A stretch of 64,000 nucleotides of DNA from the human T2T-CHM13v2.0 reference genome, Homo sapiens. The position numbers and the translations under genes are program-made. The notes beneath the pieces were generated by a model. The model made no database searches. It was not told the origin of the DNA and saw only the letters and a list, made by a program, of their open reading frames with translations. How positions within the stretch are numbered: position 1 is the first letter of the stretch; every line of letters starts with the position of its first letter. This document shows, one piece after another, positions 47,799-64,000 of this stretch. Where the stretch lies: NCBI RefSeq assembly GCF_009914755.1, contig NC_060945.1; one strand, written 5' to 3'.

Positions 47799-48329
47799 CT
47801 GGAAGAGAAGGCAAATGACGTCGATTAAGGAGAGAACTGGTGAGGTGTGGTCCCAGATTCTTCTGCCCAACACTCTAGACACATTACCTGGAAAAGCCCT
47901 CCTCCCTCCGGAAAAAGAAAAACTTCCCCATGGGAGAAGAGTCCTTCACACCTCATTAGGGGCAGCAGAGACTCAAGTTAAGATAAGATACATCTACAAG
48001 TACATTAATTGGTAGACATTAGATGCACAATTTATTTTTGAATAAAAATATGTATTACCTACTAATTTAGTAACAATATTACCTAAAGATATAATCTAAT
48101 AATTTAATACAAAGAAACATTATAAGTTCACTAAAATAAATGTTATAGAAATATACTGGGCTGTATTAACTATTTTCCTATTAACATGTGGATTCCACAG
48201 ATAACTTCATATGAGTATTCCCATGACAGTACATCTTGCTTTTCTATACCTGAACATCATGGAAAGTGCATCTTGCAACCCAGTAATTTTGGCCTACGTT
48301 TTTTAAAATGTACATAATATGTATTTCCT

Positions 48330-48790
48330 GCAGTACACCATTCTACTCATGTTTCCCAATAACACCTTTCCCTGTATCCAAGCCCTCATATTATGCTCTG
48401 ACAATAAATTGGGCTTTTCCATCTGACTTGTCCAGTGAATGGACAATGGAAAATGTGATGCAAATATCCATTGGTTCTTGCCTTTTTGGACACAGTCATA
48501 TTGTGAAGAGGTCTGGAGCTACCCTGTTGGAGACACAGGGCCTAGCCAAGAGTCACCACAAACCACCAGATTGTGAAGGAAACTATCTTAAACCAACCAG
48601 GCTCAGTCAAGGCACCAGGTGACTAAGGCCTGTTTTGTGATCCAGGCAACACAAATATATCAACTACCCAGCTGAACCCACCACACCAAAATGCAGATCC
48701 ACAGAACTTCAAACAAATAAAATGGTGGTTGTTTTTTATAAGCTAGTAAGGTTTAATTAGTTCCTTAAACAGCAAATATTAACTGTTACA
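48330..48790 (+). mobile_element. Old MLT1-type LTR
   Basis: 'cccagctgaaccca..atccacagaac..aaataaaatggtggttgttttttataagc..acagcaaatattaactgttaca' LTR end. Confidence 0.55.
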
Positions 48791-49639
48791 CCTAAGTGAA
48801 TAGAATTCAATATGTTTTTAACGAAATTATGTAGGGGGAGAAAGTCTTAAATTACAAATCAAATGCAATCAATAGAACTTCACAATCTATGCTAAATTTG
48901 GTGATGGACTAGGTTTAATATATCTCAGACACTGGAAACAACAAGCTAAGTTTGAAGGAATGGGACTGTATTTGGAGAGTATTTCAATCTTTTCAAGTAT
49001 GACAGGTCACTCCTGCACCCCAGACCACACTTTCAGGCCCCTTCAAATAAGGAATATTTCCTAGGTCCTTGCCTGTTCTTCTCAGCTGAATTCACCTCAA
49101 CCTTCTGAAAGTTCTTCCAAACCTTCCACTATCACCTAGTCTTTGAAAATCTTGTGCATTCTAGGGAGTAGAATTAATATTTCCTGAGCGAGGAAAACTG
49201 GGATCTTCACCTGCGACCTTTTATCCTCCTCTGAAGCACCAGTGAGAAGTTAGACCAGAGGGCTGTTCTTTCAAGTGCGCTTCTTATTCATAGGGAACCC
49301 TCCCTTTCAAACTTTATAACACACAGTGAAGACTGAAGTACCCTTAAGGCTGAAGACCATCATCCAGTACCCCATCTCCCTCGCGGAATCAGTGAGTTCC
49401 TCCATGGAAACTAGGTCTCGTATAAACTTCCATAAATGCAATCCAGGAGGACTAGGCAGGTCACACAGTGAAGGAGGGAACCAGAAACTTCACTTGTTAA
49501 ATAGACACCAGGAAACCCAACTAATACAAACGCCCAGCTTGAGACTAGAGGCACACGCATTTCGCACTACTACTCTGGGAATGGGGAACGTCTCCCGAGA
49601 ACTGTGTGTTAGCACGGGGACAGATGGGCAAACTGAGCT

Positions 49640-50200
49640 ACATGAGGGTTGGTAACCGGGTCCCTCAGTGGCAGGACAGGAGCGCGGCCTGCAGACTCCG
49701 GGCCCAGGGCCACCAGCCTCGCCTACCCACTCCTGCGCCTCTGGAACCCGCTTCACTGCTGGGACCCCACGTCTGTCCTCCCAGCCCCCGCCAGGGTCCA
49801 CGGCCCGCAAATGCACGTCAGGCCCCTCCTGCCCGCGATGCGCCCACGCGTCTGCCCCCACAAATGGGGAACACTGGTCTGGCCCCCCGGGATCCCCCGA
49901 GGCCCACAGGTTCCTCTTCGCCCTCGCACCTACCTACAGGGACATAGAACCAAGCCCCAGGCCTGCTCAGCTACACGACCGCCGCTGGGATCCGCACTTC
50001 CGGAGGAAAATGGCGAAGTGGGCGGGGCGGCGCATGCGCAGAGAGAAAAGCTGGTTCCCAAGGTCCTTGATGGTAACATCATTGGAAGGTGACACTACAT
50101 TTCCTATGAGGCTCTGCGGTCCCCCGTTAGGAACGCACGCCGGACATTCTGTTTTGCCCAGCAGTGAGTCCAGTTACCCGGAGACCCGGAGTTAATGGAT
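49640..50200 (-). promoter_or_regulatory. CpG-island promoter of KRAB-ZNF/housekeeping type
   Basis: ETS CACTTCCGG 49995-50003, YY1 AAAATGGCG 50007-50015, GC box GGGCGGGGC 50020-50028, NRF1 GCGCATGCGCA 50030-50040, ZNF143-like ACTACATTTCC 50094-50104; CpGs retained. Confidence 0.85.
49934..50010 (-). ncRNA. Putative non-coding exon 1 of a ZNF717-derived minus-strand transcript
   Basis: Donor TAG|GTAGGT at 49934/49933, just downstream of the promoter motif cluster. TSS position is inferred. Confidence 0.6.
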
Positions 50201-50334
50201 CAGGACTGGTCCCTACCCACGTGACACAGATGTGGCATTCTGGTTCGTTATTAAATCCTGGTTTCACAGCCTGGGACATTGTGAAAATAATGGAGAAATT
50301 CCAATAGAAACCAATTGGTCTATGCTGTTAATGA

Positions 50335-50633
<299 letters not shown>

Positions 50634-51239
50634 TCAAGTCTATTTTTCATAGATGCATTCGAAAGCATGAAAAAAATCATGTCTCTATTTTACTTTAAAT
50701 TTTTAAAAACACAACTAATGAATATGGTAATTCTCTTCCAATCTGTTATCTTTTATCTCACGAAACTAATTTGTGAGCTTTCAATTTACACAGTTAGAAA
50801 AAAATGCTCTAGTGTATATACTAGGATAAAATAACAGGGTCATAAGACAAGTGCACTCCATAATCTTTGTGACAACTTACACTTCCAGTGTCTGATGAAC
50901 ATTTGCCCATAAACTCCCACGTTTCATCCATCCATCCATCAATCAAATCTACCTATCTTTATTTATTTATTGTGCGAAATACCTGAACTTTGCCTTTCCT
51001 TCCCTGATTTCTGCCACAAACTAGGCAAGGAGTTCTGCCTAGGGGTTTTTCAGAGCTCCGGCTACCACCGAGGTTCCTAACAGGGAAATTCCCAGCTTGA
51101 ATGCTTGGGGTTGATGTGGGAGTGCGTGTGAAACGGGTGTGGGGTGAAAGGGCAGTGAACTTTGTAGGTGGGTAGATGGGGGTGTGAAGGGCTTTCAGGT
51201 AAGAGGCACAGAGGAAACTGGGAGAGGCAGCGAAAGCAC

Positions 51240-51600
51240 TTCACGCCTCAGATCACCAGAAGATGCTCCCACCAGCACCATGACAGTTTGCCAGTGCCAT
51301 GGCAACACAGGAAGTCCCCACCCCTTGCCATGGAAACAGCTGGAAGTTACTGCCCATTTCTAGCTATTTCTGAGTAACCCGCCCCTTAATTAGCATGTCA
51401 TTAAAAGTGAATTATAAAAATGACTACAAGCCACCCCTAGGCTGCTACTCTGGGAGCACAACCCACAGAGGGCTCCCTGCCCTGCAGGAGCGGACGCAGG
51501 GCTGTAACACCGCCAATGCCTCCATAGAGCTGCTTTATTCCACCACAGGCTTGCTTTTGGATTCCTTCCTGAGCGACGCCAAGAACCTGCCCTTCCTCAG
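51240..51600 (+). mobile_element. ERV1 LTR fragment, MER41/MER66 group
   Basis: 'cccaccagcaccatgacagtttgccagtgccatggcaacacaggaag...ttccttcctgagcgacgccaagaacc'. Confidence 0.6.
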
Positions 51601-52549
51601 TGTGACTCTTGCCTAAAATCTATCCCTGGTTTTCTCTTTTCCTAAGCATGCCCTGACTTGTTCTTTCATCTCCTCTGAACTTGCAATTGCTCCTCAGTGA
51701 CTCTATTCTGCAGATCCAGAAAACTCAACCTTAATCTTCCCAGAGCCCTGTTGTCTCCAATATTGGAATATCTAGCCTTGCTTTCTCAGACGCCTAGATT
51801 ACAGGCCTCTCTCTTGAACACCTATTGGTAAGGTATCCGGGGATCCTTTAAATACACGATGATTGGCAGGGTTTACATAGGGGAAATCAGTGCCTGACAA
51901 TTTGCCTTCCAGGATATGGATTGTCATTCCCTCTCTTTGTGGGCCCCAGTCTCCTATACATAAAAGTAGAGATTGTAATACTCATTTGACTTGCAGATAC
52001 CTCACCCCGAACCCACCTACTATAATGTAAAAGCCAAGAATGCAAACCCTTTCCTCACCCCGTGAAGGTAAAGTCCTCAGAGCCAAGGAGAGAAGGCTCA
52101 GGGATGGTACCTGGGTGTTTCCAACACTAACCATGCATTGTAGTTTTTAGTGTTCAAGTTTAAGCTTCTTATGTTAAAGTTACCCCAGCTTTAATTATAT
52201 TGTAACAAGATTTATTTTTGTAATTCCATTTTTGGATTCTTGATTTCTTGGTAAAGAAATACAGTTATTTTTGTATACCAATCTTATATAGTGTTACATT
52301 CCAAAATTTGTTCATGAGTCCTAACACTTTTTAGTAAATTTCTTATGATTTTCTAAATGCAAGATCATGTCATCTGTACATAAAGATAACTGTACTTCTT
52401 CCTTTCCAATCTAGATGCCGTTTATTTATTTACATTGCCAAGTTGTCCCAGCTACCACTGTTATCAAGTAAAAGGGTCTCACTACCCAAAGCTCTAGAAG
52501 CCAGTAACATGACACTGAGTTTTTGAGAAGAGAAAAACTTTAAAGTTAA

Positions 52550-56605
<4,056 letters not shown>

Positions 56606-56607
56606 GG

Positions 56608-57140
56608 TGTTATGGGATCTTTGGAGTGTCACTTTTCTGGACAGAAACCTCTATGGCTGGTGGCACCTTTACCTGAGTTTTGCTTGGGCCCCGCCCACTC
56701 AGCCTGGCAGGCTGTGCTCAGCTCATGCTACCAGGTTGGATCCCATGTTTGCCAAGGGAGACTGCGTGGAGTGGCAAGGGGTGTGTGAGCAAGCATGGGG
56801 TCTGGCCACTGTGCAGTCAGACTTCCTGGCTGCTGCAGTGGGGCAGGTAGCTCCAGGTGCCAACATGGGTGCCAGCTCTCCACAAGTCTGTGGCTGGACC
56901 ACGGGCACCGCAAGCAGCTTCCGCAGCTGGCACACTGGGAACACAGTGGCACCCGGAAGCTTGGAGATACCAGGAACCACAGGGCCCCAAAGAGGGAATC
57001 ACAGCCCTGGCTCGGGGAGCTCCCAGGTCTGGGCTTCCCAAAGGGTCACAGCTCTTGTTTCCTTCTCTTTGCCCACAATGTGGCAAGCAAGGGGCATGAC
57101 TCAGCCCTGTTTGTGTTACAGCTCTTTCAGCCTCTTCCCT
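56608..57140 (-). mobile_element. MER52-type LTR 3' part
   Basis: Reverse complement of the 3' half of the LTR at 39880-40406. Confidence 0.75.
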
Positions 57141-58303
57141 AGGATTTGTCATAATTAATTCTCATATTGTCATATTTTTTTACATTTGTTTCAACTTCAG
57201 AAGATGCATAGATCTAAACACAACATAATATGTTAGCTAGCTGCCATATGAATTTCTCCGTGTTTCACCACTATGTAGCCTAAAGTTATTCCGTCATCCA
57301 TGACTATCCTGGCTAAAGAGTCTAAAGATCTTTGTTTGGTAGCTATGGCTTCAGCTAGTTCATTCACTAATTTACCTAGAGTGGTTGACAGATTTCTAAT
57401 TATACGTTCATGAGAGGTTACTCCCCACCATTGCAAGTGACTTCTGCCAAACATTGGCCAAAATTCACCTCCTTGGTTTGCAGGTATGGTTTGTCTAATC
57501 CTGGAAAGTAATTTCGATGAACTACTTCAGTGTTCAGAAACATTGGAGTTATAAATAGAAAGAGGAAGAGTCACATAACCTAATAGACAATTACTTCTCA
57601 TATGCCAGCGGTCAACACATTCATAAGCCCATGGGTGGTTGATCCAGGGACCACACAGGGTCCCTGACAGACTCTGAAAGTTAAGGCTTTGGTTTACTGG
57701 TAACAGAGACAGGTTAAAGTACATGTCTTCAGTCTTGAGTAGAGTGTAATCAGTCTCATTTTTTTTTTAATGAGACAAACATCAGGTAAAGACCTTGACA
57801 AGAAGGAAGAGAAATCCCGAGATTCTATAATCATAATAATCGAATTGTAATTGCTAGTTTAAGTAGTCCTTCAAAAATACATCTCATTCCTGACAGGATA
57901 AAACAAGTTTTAAAAAATATATTATATTCAGATTCACTAGGGAACACTTGGAGCCAGGAAATAATTCAGGATTCAGCCCAAATTATAGGCAAATAATAAA
58001 AACTCTAAAACAATGATCAGGGTTGGAATCTAATAGCATATGTCATAGTTTTCTTTTGGAACATAAATTTTCTCTCTAGTCCATCATTTTATCAAAGACA
58101 AATCATAGTAGGACCAATTTTGTATGCAAAATAAGTTTTAGTCTTATCATACCGGGCCTGATTATTTCCATAAAGGGCAGCAAGAATATTTATTGGCCAT
58201 ATAGGCTTCTTAAAATTGGCTTTGTTGGAAATTTTTAATAAGGAATCTTAGACTTTTAAGAGCCTTGAAGCTAGTCAAGTCAAAGATTTGCATCAGACTG
58301 TGT
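57140..58303 (-). mobile_element. ERV1 internal region with decayed env TM segment
   Basis: ORF 57233-57454 (IIRNLSTTLGKLVNELAEAIATKQRSLDSLARIVMDDGITLGYIV) resembles the env heptad repeat plus immunosuppressive domain (LAxVVLxNRxALDxLL). Confidence 0.65.
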
Positions 58304-58316
58304 CTGTAATAATTTT

Positions 58317-63620
<5,304 letters not shown>

Positions 63621-63633
63621 CTGTGATACTTTT

Positions 63634-64000
63634 ATGAATGGGTGTAGTCCTGTCTTCTCAAGGTCCCCAAATAACTTGAGGTTCCTGGGCCAGTCAGAAA
63701 GTGACATTCTTTACTTCTTACCACAAGGACAGCAACTTTGTAAAGGACCCTTGTAGACAAGACACCAAGCCAGTCATTCTAAGGGGCTTTGCATTGGTGC
63801 TATAAAGTCAAGCTCAATTCCTTAAAGTGGTCTGGTTGTATCTGCCGTTCGAGTTAAAGACTTGATAAAACAAACAGTGTCTCCAATTGAATCCTGTTAC
63901 CAAAAATAGATTCTTATTGAAATTATGCAAATAATTATATTGCCATAATTTAGGAATGCTCACGAATGGCTTCTGAATTCTGGAGAAATCAGTTAGAGAG
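63634..64000 (-). mobile_element. Continuation of the ERV1 (MER4-group) internal sequence split by the L1
   Basis: The L1 TSD links this to 58303; text resembles MER4-group internal sequence. Confidence 0.55.

Noticed and set aside
57233-57454. Captured env (syncytin-like) gene
   Set aside because: 73-aa remnant with a degenerate immunosuppressive motif and no CX6CC or long ORF.

Overview
Human (primate) genomic DNA: a repeat-dense mosaic typical of pericentromeric or acrocentric-arm segmental duplications. A human-specific AluYb8 supports the human assignment. No intact protein-coding gene is present. Gene-derived pieces: a 5'-truncated SOWAHC (ANKRD57) pseudogene (minus, 2845-4161); an orphan ANKRD20A-family exon 1 in a CpG island, with intron 1 but no exon 2 (plus, 8438-8640); an SNX18 processed pseudogene (plus, ~13090-14250) preceded by a scrambled, partly palindromic ~640-bp-unit array carrying SNX18 PX-domain sequence (probably REP522); and an intact KRAB-ZNF-type promoter with exon 1 and a ZNF717-like exon 2 (minus, 47740-50110) but no KRAB or zinc-finger exons, recalling the TEKT4P2/MAFIP-type chimeric loci. 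The rest is a 4.2-kb 48-bp CER satellite block, a full-length Tigger1, a complete MER57 ERV1 provirus with TSDs, an LTR6 solo LTR, MaLR elements, several L1s, about 28 Alus and many minisatellites. I found no convincing new biological system. The best leads concern repeat origins (array from an SNX18 retrocopy, CER from a MaLR LTR end) and promoter/exon capture. Family names are from memory of consensus sequences, not a database search, and many boundaries are approximate.
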